A stretch of 40,508 nt of DNA, taken from NCBI GenBank assembly GCA_027011835.1, contig JALUZN010000059.1, positions 1 through 40,508 of the forward strand. The letters are read 5' to 3'. Source of the DNA: Draconibacterium sp. GTDB lineage: Bacteria; Bacteroidota; Bacteroidia; Bacteroidales; Prolixibacteraceae. Positions within the stretch are counted from its first letter, which is position 1; each line of letters begins with the position of its first letter. This document shows, piece by piece, positions 10,024-18,314 of this stretch. Under the pieces are notes generated by a model, which saw only the letters and a list, made by a program, of their open reading frames with translations, was not told the DNA's origin and did not search any database. Position numbers and translations under genes: made by a program.

Positions 10024-10742
10024 GGTTAATAAGGTTGTTCTCGAATGGGAAGTGCAATAGCCACTATGGTTTCTTTATTGAAATAAGGTCTTTTACAAAC
10101 GGATAATGTAACCTCAAACATTTCTATGTCCGCCCAATAAAAGAGACGGCAAAGGATATTTTTACCTTGATTTCGCAGTGAGTGGCAAAAGATATTTCTA
10201 CAACAGTATATAAAACTCATGATTTTAGAATTGCTGATTTAAAAGTGCGAGTTACTCCAAAGGAATTGTTTTGCGAGAAACCGCATCACCCATTTTTTAC
10301 ACCATGCTTTAGCTTGGTGGTGTGCAAGCTCCAGTTTTTTTTGGCTTTAGCCATTAATCTTCTTTTTCTAAACTTAATGGCTAAAGCCCAAAGCAGTTCA
10401 ATATATGCAACCACCAGACTAAAGTCTGGTGTAATATTAAAATCCGCCCCTTAAAAGGGACGGCAAAGAATATTTCTGCACCAATAATAAATCTGTAATT
10501 ATTTATCCTTTGCCGTTGGCTTTAGCCAACGGTAACGGACATATTTGTTTTACACAAATTCTTTGGGGGAATGAAGGGAGAAGCTATTGTGAAGAAATGA
10601 TAAAAACCTTATTTTAGGTTTCAAAGCTTAGTAGCCTATTTTGTTAACAAGGTTGTTCCCGAATGGGTATTACAACGGCCACTAAGAGGTTTCTTTATTG
10701 AAATAAGGTTTTTTACAAACGGATAATGTAAACTCAAACTGT
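10024..10742. repeat. degenerate ~100 bp direct repeat R2 (copies ~10024-10120 and ~10643-10742)
   Basis: Both copies contain GGTTTCTTTATTGAAATAAGGT.TTTTACAAACGGATAATGTAA. Confidence 0.8.
10298..10532. repeat. REP/REPIN-like palindrome cluster, family D
   Basis: ACACCATGCTTTAGCTTGGTGGT ... ACCACCAGACTAAAGTCTGGTGT inverted pair with internal TGGCTTTAGCCA/TGGCTAAAGCC, then CCGCCCCTTAAAAGGGACGG and GCCGTTGGCTTTAGCCAACGG. Confidence 0.8.
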
Positions 10743-10807
10743 ATCTCCACAACTTTTTAAATTGTTCTCTTATCACTTTATTATCAAACAACTTTTTAAA
10801 CTTATCC

Positions 10808-10931
10808 ATTGCTTCGCCTTCGTTCCTCGTTTTTGCAATGATGGGTCGCGTTGTGTCGTCATTGCGAGTGACCACCCAATTTATTTTGGGCATAGTGAGT
10901 CGATGACCGAAAGTTGAATTGATTGGTCATC
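10808..10931. repeat. orphan family-A palindrome pair plus E-module end
   Basis: ATTGCTTCGCCTTCGTTCCTCGTTTTTGCAATGA (from 10808), then GTCATTGCGAG.GACCACCCAATTTATTTTGGGCATAGTGAG (10858-10899), which resembles the reverse complement of 14130-14173. Confidence 0.75.
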
Positions 10932-11129
10932 ATTCGGGTTGGTACAATATTTAAGGGCATTTAACCTTTTAGGTTGGCGGTTAAAACAAAGAGTATGGCC
11001 TCCGGTGGGGAAAAGTTGGTTTATTAAATTTTAAATGGCCCATCGACCTGAAAGTTGAATTGGATTAAAGTCTGCGCCGGGAAGCTGGAAGGAGATGATG
11101 TTGTTGAAAGAGTTAGACGTTGGATGAGT

Positions 11130-12023
11130 TTATTGCCGGGTTAGTTTTTCTAAAAAGAAGGTTACTACATCTTTTCCCGATGAATCGACAATGCCGATTT
11201 GGGGGGCATAAATAATGGCTTCGGCGCCCACCTTGGCTGCTTGCTCTTTTAGTGCTTTTGCATGCAGCGGATGATGATTTAGCTCGTCGGCGTTAGTTGG
11301 AAATCCTCCTCTTTTTTTATTAAAGACAAAAAAAGGAGCCGAGGTTTTTTTCATCTGGCACAACAGGTCGAGTTTTTTTCTTATGGCAGTTTCCTGTTTT
11401 AGATTCCGGTTTTCCACCTCTTTAAATCCAAAAGCGCGGGCAATTATTTTCTCTTCACTTTCGGTTATTTTGTCGGGTAGTTCTAAAAGACTGCTCCATT
11501 TATAAATGTCGTAAGTTGCTTGTGTTTCGAAAGCGCCGGCACAGGTTAATCGGGTCGATTCGCACAGAACGGGGTCGCTGTTTTGCGGGTCGGCCATATC
11601 GTCGTTAAATGCAAGCCACAGCGATGTTCCGGCTCCTGCCGACCCACCTGAACAGGCTACGCGGGTTTTGTCGATATTGTATTTTTTTGCATTGTAGCGA
11701 ATGTACTGCAAGCATCGTTTCGAGTCGTTAAAACTGGCTAATATTCCGTATGGCGCATCGTTTTGAAATCGGTAATTTATTAGTGCAACCGAAACACCTG
11801 CATCTAAAAACCGCACCAAATCTTCCGACGGATAATATTTCGATTTGTCGCCACCAACAAAGCCACCACCGTGAATGTAAATGACAAGCGGTGTTTGAGT
11901 TTCGGATTTTGCCAGCCAAATATCGAAGGTGTTTCGCGGGTGTGTGCCGTATTTTTCGTCGACATATGTTGCCCTGTCTCCAATCTGATTTATCGCCTCT
12001 GTTTTTTCTTTTGTATTGCTCAC
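11130..12023 (-). CDS. alpha/beta hydrolase (esterase, HGGG / GxSxG type)
   Basis: YIHGGGF, GGSAGAG nucleophile elbow, HHPLH; start set to in-frame GTG 12023 because TTG 12047 lies inside a TACATTTG -7 box. Confidence 0.82.
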   Translation of the reverse strand: MSNTKEKTEAINQIGDRATYVDEKYGTHPRNTFDIWLAKSETQTPLVIYIHGGGFVGGDKSKYYPSEDLVRFLDAGVSVALINYRFQNDAPYGILASFNDSKRCLQYIRYNAKKYNIDKTRVACSGGSAGAGTSLWLAFNDDMADPQNSDPVLCESTRLTCAGAFETQATYDIYKWSSLLELPDKITESEEKIIARAFGFKEVENRNLKQETAIRKKLDLLCQMKKTSAPFFVFNKKRGGFPTNADELNHHPLHAKALKEQAAKVGAEAIIYAPQIGIVDSSGKDVVTFFLEKLTRQ

Positions 12024-12044
12024 GTATATTAAAATGATATGGTG

Positions 12045-12052
12045 CAAATGTA
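12045..12052 (-). promoter_or_regulatory. Bacteroidota sigma-A -7 element TACATTTG
   Basis: Exact TAnnTTTG ~22 nt upstream of the hydrolase GTG. Confidence 0.55.
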
Positions 12053-12102
12053 AGATTATTTAGGGAGATTTATTTTTGTTTTTACTTTGACTTGTATGGC
12101 TT

Positions 12103-12339
12103 ATTTCGGAATTCAAAGAATAATATTGAATATTGAATGTCGAATGATGAGGTTGTGTGTTGGGTGTTGATTATTGAGTGTTGAGTGTTTGCGTAGGTGT
12201 GTCTATGGCAGAATCTTGAATATCGAATCTTGAATGTCGAATGATGAGGTCGATGGAAAGATAAATCTGAAATCGGGATTCTGAAATCGAAATTCGAAAT
12301 TCAAAGAGTAATATTGAATATCGAATGTCGAATGATGTG
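12103..12339. repeat. heptamer tandem-repeat cluster (GAATATT/GAATATC/GAATGTC; TCTGAAA/TCGAAAT)
   Basis: Three tracts ending GAATGTCGAATGATG (~12118, ~12211, ~12310); 12103-12150 and 12291-12339 form a ~48 bp direct repeat. Confidence 0.85.
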
Positions 12340-12378
12340 AACATCCCTAAATAAGGTTGCCATAAACCACCGGCGCCT

Positions 12379-12484
12379 GCGTGAGGGATTGCAGCGGTTA
12401 CCCCACAGAACGCACCGCTTTTGGGCGGGGCGGGCGAGGAGTATGAGCGGAAAGCCCGACCCCGACGCAGGAGGGGGCACGCCC
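12379..12484 (-). ncRNA. GC-rich structured element resembling the Flavo-1 RNA motif / Bacteroidota dispersed repeat
   Basis: Minus strand reads GGGCGTGCCCC...GGGGTCGGGCTTTCCGCT...CCTCGC...GTGGGGTAACCGCTGCAATCCCTCACGC, a GC island starting 14 nt after the DUF2752 stop; family match is from memory only. Confidence 0.55.
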
Positions 12485-12497
12485 AAAAAAAAAGTTA

Positions 12498-12896
12498 TTA
12501 GTTGGGAGCCAAAATGGTAAACGGATAAAATGGGAGGTTGCGTAAAATCCAGAATAAAATAACGATTGCGAGGATTATCCACGGGGTGCTTTTAAAATAG
12601 AATATGTTGGGTAGTTTGCTGTGAAACAGTTTGTTGAGCAGTGGGCGCGAGTAGTGGTAAATGAGTAGAAGTAGTGCCGGAATAAAAAGCGCATTGTTGC
12701 TGATAACTCCGGCAAAGTTGAGATGTAACAGGCTGTGTATGGCGCGCTGCGAGCCGCAACCGGGGCAGTGGTAGCCGGTTGTGGAATAGAAAATACATTT
12801 TGGGAAAAGTTGTTGCTCGGCAGGGTTTAGAAAGTAAAAAAGGGCCGCCAGCGCTGCTACAACGATGACCACCCCAATTTGTATGGTTCGTTTCAT
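12498..12896 (-). CDS. DUF2752 membrane protein
   Basis: FPKCIFYSTTGYHCPGCGSQRA motif, three hydrophobic segments, ILRNLP. Confidence 0.85.
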   Translation of the reverse strand: MKRTIQIGVVIVVAALAALFYFLNPAEQQLFPKCIFYSTTGYHCPGCGSQRAIHSLLHLNFAGVISNNALFIPALLLLIYHYSRPLLNKLFHSKLPNIFYFKSTPWIILAIVILFWILRNLPFYPFTILAPN

Positions 12897-12899
12897 TAA

Positions 12900-13214
12900 T
12901 TACATATTAATTCCGTTGGAGGCGAAATTTGCGAAAAATGCGGTAAAAGCGAAAACAAGTGCGGTAATTATAAGTATTGAAACACCGCTTATAGCTGCAA
13001 CAATTGCCCAGGTTTTTGCATTCCGGCTAGCCCGGCGGGCACCCTCTTTATCGCCCGATAACCACTTTGTGTTTACCGATGCTGCATAAATAATAGATAT
13101 TAAGCCAAAAAGCTGACAACATAGAATGGTGCTGATGATTGCAAAGGCCAAGTAGTTTGGTGGTGGAGTTTCTTGTTGCTGAAATTGTTGCGTTTGTGAA
13201 ATCTGTTCGTTCAT
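12900..13214 (-). CDS. CD225/dispanin family membrane protein
   Basis: PPNYLAFAIISTILCCQLFGLISIIYAASVN...GARRASRNAKTWA; usual DUF2752 partner. Confidence 0.88.
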   Translation of the reverse strand: MNEQISQTQQFQQQETPPPNYLAFAIISTILCCQLFGLISIIYAASVNTKWLSGDKEGARRASRNAKTWAIVAAISGVSILIITALVFAFTAFFANFASNGINM

Positions 13215-13258
13215 TGTAAAAGTTTAACTTATTAGACTGCTTTGTTTTAGAATAATTA

Positions 13259-13266
13259 CAAAAGTA
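13259..13266 (-). promoter_or_regulatory. -7 element TACTTTTG for the CD225-DUF2752 operon
   Basis: Exact TAnnTTTG ~45 nt upstream of ATG 13214, next to the first family-A repeat. Confidence 0.5.
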
Positions 13267-13278
13267 GTGTTTTTTTTA

Positions 13279-13405
13279 CAGATTGCTTCGTCTTCGTTCC
13301 TCCGTCTCGCAATGACGGGGTAGACAGGGCTGTTTCTGTTCCTTAGTCTCGCAATGACGGGTTGCGTTTTGTCGTCATTGCGAGGAAGAATGACGAAGCA
13401 ATCTG
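13279..13405. repeat. family-A palindromic repeats downstream of the GIY-YIG gene
   Basis: CAGATTGCTTCGTCTTCGTTCCTCCGTCTCGCAATGAC (13279-13316), a partial copy (13338-13358) and inverted GTCATTGCGAGGAAGAATGACGAAGCAATCTG (13374-13405). Confidence 0.9.
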
Positions 13406-13410
13406 CAACT

Positions 13411-13704
13411 TTACAAAAACTCACCCGACAGGTCTTTCCAATCCGGATTTAGAGAATCAATCAATTGGTTTTTTTTCTTCCGGGAACCACCTTTTATCTG
13501 CTTCTCACGTGCAATTGCTTCTTCTATCGATGAGAACACTTCAAAATAAACTAATTTCGAAACATTGTATCTTGCGGTGAATCCCGAAGGATGAATCTTA
13601 TTCTTATGTTCATACAGTCTCTTTCTTAAATCGGAAGTTACACCTGTGTAGAGTACTGTATTGTTCTTGTTCGTTAAAATATAAATTGCCCCTCCTCGTT
13701 CCAT
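13411..13704 (-). CDS. stand-alone GIY-YIG nuclease family protein
   Basis: 97 aa; AIYILTN...LYTGVTSDLRKRLYEH, KLVYFE, AIAREKQIK, C-terminal NPDWKDL. Confidence 0.92.
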   Translation of the reverse strand: MERGGAIYILTNKNNTVLYTGVTSDLRKRLYEHKNKIHPSGFTARYNVSKLVYFEVFSSIEEAIAREKQIKGGSRKKKNQLIDSLNPDWKDLSGEFL

Positions 13705-13746
13705 AATTTTATTTTTGAATCGTTTTTATAATCATTTATTATTTTA

Positions 13747-14214
13747 CAGATTGCTTCGCCTTCGTACCTCGTCTCGCAATGACGTGCTACTCTTTGTCGT
13801 CATTGCGAGGAAGAATGACGAAGCAATCTGTTGTTTTTAATGGTTGTGTTGAATTGAGGGGGTTGCAGTTCTGTTTTTACAGATTGCTTTGCCTTCGTTC
13901 CTCCGTCTCGCAATGACGGGGCAATCTGTTGTTTTAACAGTGGTGTTGAATTGGGGGTAGTGTAGTTCTGTTTAACAGATTGCTTCGCCTTCGTACCTGC
14001 CAATGACAGATTTAGAAAAAGACCCTGATCCGTCAACCGACGGACAGGGTGACGTCCTAAATTAGCATCAACGTTAATAAATTCCGTCATGCTGTCCGTC
14101 GGCCGACGGATCAGCATCTCTGTCATTATCTCATTATGCCCAATTAAAAAATTGGGTGAACTCTCGCAATGACGGGGTAATCAATTTGCCTTCGTTCCTC
14201 CGTTTTGCAATGAC
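13747..14214. repeat. family-A repeat array upstream of the GIY-YIG gene, with nested C/E composite
   Basis: Units at 13747-13783, 13799-13830 (inverted), 13880-13917, 13921-13928 (partial inverted), 13976-14173 (split by a 164 bp insert) and 14186-14214; spacer 13831-13879 is duplicated at 13929-13975. Confidence 0.9.
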
Positions 14215-14231
14215 GGGTTGGGTTGCAACAT

Positions 14232-14270
14232 AAAAAAAACAAAGGCTTCACTAAAAAAGTGAAACCCTTG
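14232..14270 (-). terminator. intrinsic terminator of the E2-E1 operon
   Basis: Minus strand CAAGGGTTTCACT-TTTTT-AGTGAAGCCTTTG (13 bp stem with G-U pairs) followed by 8 T. Confidence 0.75.
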
Positions 14271-14330
14271 TTAATACTAACTAAACGACTAAACTTATAC
14301 CAATTCAAAGTTAAATTGGTATTAAAAGCT

Positions 14331-16799
14331 TTATATTCCTCGTGCGTTTCTGTCTAACTGTTCTGCTTCGGTAAAATCGTTACTGCTCACGTGGCCTTCC
14401 AACGGAAGAATTCTTTCGTGAATAGCATCGATAATCCACTCTGCCTGAGGGAAGAAATAGTCTTCCAACTCGTGTGCGGGAGTAATCCAGTTGCGCGAAC
14501 CAACTACTACCGGTGGAGCGTCGAGGTAATCGAAAGCCAGTTCGGTGATGTTCGAAGCAAGGTCGCGTAAGAACGAGCCGCGTGCCGAAGCATCGCCCGA
14601 AATAACAATGCGTCCTGTTTTCTTAATCGATTCGATTACCGGCTCGTAATTAAACGGAACCAGCGAGCGCGAGTCGATTACTTCGGCCGAAATGTTGTAT
14701 TTTTCTTCGAGTGTTTTTGCTGCATCTAAAGTACGGTATAGCGTTGCACCTATTGTTAAAATGGTAACATCTTTTCCTTCGCGTTTAATATCGGGTTCGC
14801 CAAACGGAATTTCGTAATAACCTTCGGGTACGCCACCTTCGTGGAACTGCTCGCCAATGTCGTACAGGCGCTGACTTTCGAAGAAAATTACGGGGTCGGT
14901 TCCTTGTAATGCGGTGTTCATTAATCCTTTAGCATCGTATGGAGAAACCGGGAAAACCACTTTTAGCCCGGGAATGTGGGCAGCGAGAGCAGTCCAGTCT
15001 TGCGAGTGCTGTGCTCCGTATTTCGAACCCACAGAAACACGAATTACCATTGGCATTTTCAGAACGTTTCCGCTCATTGCCTGCCATTTGGGAAGTTGGT
15101 TAAACACTTCGTCGCCGGCACGCCCCAGGAAGTCGCAATACATAATTTCGGGGATAACGCGGCCTCCGCACATGGCGTAACCAATTGCAGTTCCAACAAT
15201 TGCCGCTTCGGCAATGGGCGAGTTAAACAGGCGGTTGTATGGCAGTGCTTCGGTTAGTCCGCGGTAAACGGCAAATGCGCCGCCCCAGTCGCGGTTCTCT
15301 TCTCCGTAAGCAATTAGTGTTGGATCTTTATAAAAGCGGTCGATAATCGCTTCGAAAAGTCCGTCGCGTAAACCGTAAGTTTTTATTTTCGAAAATGGTT
15401 TCCCGTTTTTGTCGAACATAAAACGCTCTTTTTTAGCCAACTGTTTTACGCGGGGATTCTCTTCCATCGGGTGGTTTACTTCCACTTCGCGGTCTTCCAT
15501 TTTATCAATCGACTGGTTGCTGAACATCATTTCGCCAATTAAATTGGGTTGTTTTTCCAGGTCCATATGTGGCGAAACTTCGTCGTTGATTGCCAGTTTC
15601 ATCGAAGCGGTAATTAAGTCGGTGGTAGCGGTTTTAATTGCTTCCAATTCGGCTTTGGTAGCCACACCTGCTTTTACCAGTTCTTTTCCGAACCATTCAA
15701 TTGAGTCTTGTTTTTCCCATGCCTCTACTTCCTCTTTGCTCCGGTACGACGATGCATCGGATGGCGAGTGCCCGCTGTAGCGGTAGGTTAAAACGTCGAG
15801 TAAAACGGGTCCGCGTTTCTCCTCAATAATTTTGCGTTTGCGTTTATAGGCGTCAATTACAGCCAGCGGATTGTATCCGTCGACGCGCTCGGCGTGCATT
15901 TGGTCGGTGTTTACACCGGCACCAATACGAGCGGCAATGTCGTAACCCATGGTTTCGCCACAGGTTTGTCCGCCCATTCCATATTGGTTATTCATAATGT
16001 TGATAACCAGCGGCAGGCCACCTTTCATATCGCCTTCCCACAATTCGGTAAACTGGTCCATTGTTGCAAACGAGAGTCCTTCCCAAACGGGTCCGCAAGC
16101 CATCGATGCGTCGCCAATGTTGGCCACCACAATTCCCTTTTTACGGTTTACCTTTTTATAAAGTGCAGCACCCACCGAAATATCGGCCGAGCCACCAACA
16201 ATTGCGTTGTTTGGGTAAACTCCGAAAGGAGTAAAGAAAGCGTGCATCGAGCCACCCAGTCCTTTGTTGAATCCGGTTTTACGTGCAAAAACTTCGGCCA
16301 GTGTTCCGTAAATAAGGAATTTAATGGCCAGCTCTTTTACTGTTCCGGTATGACCTGCTTTTACAGGAGCAAGTGTAATTCCGTCGAAATGGGTTTCCAT
16401 TATTTTTTCAAGAGTCTCATCGTCGAGTTTGTCGATGGCAGAAAGTCCTTTGGCAAGAATTTCGCCGTGGCTGCGGTGCGACCCGAAAATAAAATCGTCA
16501 ACATCGAGTGTGTAGGCCATTCCAACGGCTGCTGCTTCCTGTCCGATTGACAAGTGGGCAGGTCCGGGATGGTTGTATTCAACTCCGTTATATTCGTTAC
16601 GGGTTTTTATTAAATTCAACATGGTTTCGAACTCGCGAATAACCACCATGTCGTGATAAATTCGTACTAAATCTTCGTTCGAGAAATTTGCTTTCTCCTC
16701 TTCAACCGTTTTGCTGTATTGATTTACAGGAATTGGTGTGAATTCTATTTGTCCCGGTTTTCTTACATCTTCCGGGTTGATGTATTGACATTTTGGCAT
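14331..16799 (-). CDS. fused E1 alpha/beta thiamine-diphosphate-dependent 2-oxoacid dehydrogenase-like protein
   Basis: [22 protein letters not shown]...NNQY TPP motif, [10 protein letters not shown]; beta part [24 protein letters not shown]. Confidence 0.9.
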   Translation of the reverse strand: MPKCQYINPEDVRKPGQIEFTPIPVNQYSKTVEEEKANFSNEDLVRIYHDMVVIREFETMLNLIKTRNEYNGVEYNHPGPAHLSIGQEAAAVGMAYTLDVDDFIFGSHRSHGEILAKGLSAIDKLDDETLEKIMETHFDGITLAPVKAGHTGTVKELAIKFLIYGTLAEVFARKTGFNKGLGGSMHAFFTPFGVYPNNAIVGGSADISVGAALYKKVNRKKGIVVANIGDASMACGPVWEGLSFATMDQFTELWEGDMKGGLPLVINIMNNQYGMGGQTCGETMGYDIAARIGAGVNTDQMHAERVDGYNPLAVIDAYKRKRKIIEEKRGPVLLDVLTYRYSGHSPSDASSYRSKEEVEAWEKQDSIEWFGKELVKAGVATKAELEAIKTATTDLITASMKLAINDEVSPHMDLEKQPNLIGEMMFSNQSIDKMEDREVEVNHPMEENPRVKQLAKKERFMFDKNGKPFSKIKTYGLRDGLFEAIIDRFYKDPTLIAYGEENRDWGGAFAVYRGLTEALPYNRLFNSPIAEAAIVGTAIGYAMCGGRVIPEIMYCDFLGRAGDEVFNQLPKWQAMSGNVLKMPMVIRVSVGSKYGAQHSQDWTALAAHIPGLKVVFPVSPYDAKGLMNTALQGTDPVIFFESQRLYDIGEQFHEGGVPEGYYEIPFGEPDIKREGKDVTILTIGATLYRTLDAAKTLEEKYNISAEVIDSRSLVPFNYEPVIESIKKTGRIVISGDASARGSFLRDLASNITELAFDYLDAPPVVVGSRNWITPAHELEDYFFPQAEWIIDAIHERILPLEGHVSSNDFTEAEQLDRNARGI

Positions 16800-16822
16800 T
16801 TTATTTTGTTTTTTAATTTTTA

Positions 16823-16864
16823 GTGAAAAGTGCTTAGTGCAAGGTGCAAAGTACTTAGTGCTTA
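16823..16864. repeat. six-unit heptamer tract (GTGCTTA/GTGCAAA) overlapping the E2 stop codon
   Basis: GTGAAAA GTGCTTA GTGCAAG GTGCAAA GTACTTA GTGCTTA. Confidence 0.8.
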
Positions 16865-18130
16865 AACTGAAAGATTTTCAATTTGATTTTTAATTTCAGC
16901 AAGGAAAAGAGTTGCTTCGCCACCGTCGAGTGCCTGGTGGTCGTAGGTTAACGAAAGTCCCATCATGGGGACAAAAGCGTAAACTCCATCTTCAATCTCT
17001 TTTGGGCGGGGTACAATTGTACAAACGCCGAGAATAGCAACTTGCGGTAAATTAATTACCGGAGTAAACATCTCAACACCGTAATTTCCAAGATTAGAAA
17101 CTGTGAATGTTGCTTCTGCGGGATTTAATAAATCGGGATTTATATTTCCGCTTCGTGCAGCTGTTGAGAGTTGTTTTAACTGACTTGAAAGGCCTGTTAT
17201 GGAGAGGTCGTCGGCATTTTTAAGGGCCGGAACCATCAATCCGCGGTCGGTATCAACTGCCAGTCCGAGGTGGACTTTTTTAAACCACTTCATTTTATCG
17301 CCATGGTAGTGTGTATTTACCTGCGGGAATTTCTCCAGTGCACGAATAACGGCAAAACAGACCAAGTCGTTAATGGTAACATTTTGCGAGATGGTTCCTT
17401 CGGTAAATTCTTTTTTGAATTTCTTGCGCAGTTTCATCATTTTTCTGGCATCGGCACTCATGTGATGGGTGAGTTGTGCTGAGTTTTGCAGCGATTGATG
17501 CATTGCGGTTGCAATCAGTTTACGGATGTTCGGGATTGCTTTAATTTCATAATCGTCGCCCTCTTCGAGAACTACTGCCGGTGCCGGAGCCACTTTTGGT
17601 GCTGCCTGAACTTGTGGTTGAGCAGTCGGAGTTTTAACTGTTTTTGCCGCTGCCATTTCAACATCGCGGGCAATAATTCTTCCGCGTGGGCCGGAACCTT
17701 TTAGCGATTGAATTGCTAGGCCCAACTTGGCGGCCATATTTTTTGCCAAAGGCGAGATGCGGATTCGTTTGTCGGGAGAGTTGTCTTCCACTTCGAATTC
17801 TTCCACTTTTGGAGCCTCGTCAACGGTCTCCTCAACAGTAGTTTCTTCTGTTACTGTTTCTCCTCCGGGACGAAATTCTTCAACCGATTCGCCCTCTTTC
17901 CCTATAACAGCGACATTTACTAAAACAGGAATTTCATCGCCCTCTTCGAAGAAAGTTGCCAAAAGAGTTCCGTCCTCTTTTGCTTCCTCTTCAAACGATG
18001 ATTTATCGGTTTCGTACGAGAAAAGAATGTCGCCCTCGCTCACTTTGTCGCCAACCGATTTGTACCACTGCCCCAAAATGCAAGATTCAACCGATTGTCC
18101 TTGCCGGGGCATTATTACTGGTGTTGCCAT
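16862..18130 (-). CDS. dihydrolipoamide acyltransferase (E2)
   Basis: Lipoyl domain ETDKSS, E3-binding ISPLAK...[15 protein letters not shown], catalytic YDHQALDG. Confidence 0.92.
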   Translation of the reverse strand: MATPVIMPRQGQSVESCILGQWYKSVGDKVSEGDILFSYETDKSSFEEEAKEDGTLLATFFEEGDEIPVLVNVAVIGKEGESVEEFRPGGETVTEETTVEETVDEAPKVEEFEVEDNSPDKRIRISPLAKNMAAKLGLAIQSLKGSGPRGRIIARDVEMAAAKTVKTPTAQPQVQAAPKVAPAPAVVLEEGDDYEIKAIPNIRKLIATAMHQSLQNSAQLTHHMSADARKMMKLRKKFKKEFTEGTISQNVTINDLVCFAVIRALEKFPQVNTHYHGDKMKWFKKVHLGLAVDTDRGLMVPALKNADDLSITGLSSQLKQLSTAARSGNINPDLLNPAEATFTVSNLGNYGVEMFTPVINLPQVAILGVCTIVPRPKEIEDGVYAFVPMMGLSLTYDHQALDGGEATLFLAEIKNQIENLSV

Positions 18131-18157
18131 AATCGTTTATTTTTTTGTAGTTATTAT

Positions 18158-18274
18158 AACTTGTTAATACAATTAAAAATCAATATGAAATTGAATAAGC
18201 TGAAAATCAGTCTATTGTAACTTTCTTCTCTTTTAGGTTGTAAAAATATATTATTTAACTTGTATTTACAAGTT
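18158..18274. promoter_or_regulatory. two putative HutC/GntR operators
   Basis: AACTTGTATTTACAAGTT (18257-18274, 8-2-8 palindrome) and AACTTGTTAATACAATT (18158-18174) between the divergent E2 and gntR genes. Confidence 0.65.
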
Positions 18275-18298
18275 GTGTTGTGTATTTTAATTTTTTTT

Positions 18299-18306
18299 TA
18301 ACTTTG
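18299..18306 (+). promoter_or_regulatory. -7 element TAACTTTG of gntR
   Basis: Exact TAnnTTTG ending 8 nt before ATG 18315, implying a near-leaderless mRNA. Confidence 0.6.
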
Positions 18307-18314
18307 CACCTACA

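Noticed and set aside
10026-10893. ORFs 10026-10220, 10182-10454 and 10636-10893
   Set aside because: Built from R2, family-D and family-A repeats; the two R2 copies are open in different frames, and no transposase motif (HUH, DDE) is recognisable.
12301-12582. 93-aa ORF overlapping the DUF2752 end
   Set aside because: Out-of-frame overlap that reads through the GC-rich structured element and heptamers; probably spurious.
13224-14126. ORFs 13224-13424, 13362-13580 and 13800-14126
   Set aside because: They are translations of the palindromic repeats or antisense to the GIY-YIG gene (VIARRRNEDEAI, KAKQSV repeats); no independent coding signal.
13279-14214. CRISPR array
   Set aside because: Units alternate in orientation and vary in length, spacers are irregular and one is duplicated, and no cas genes are present.
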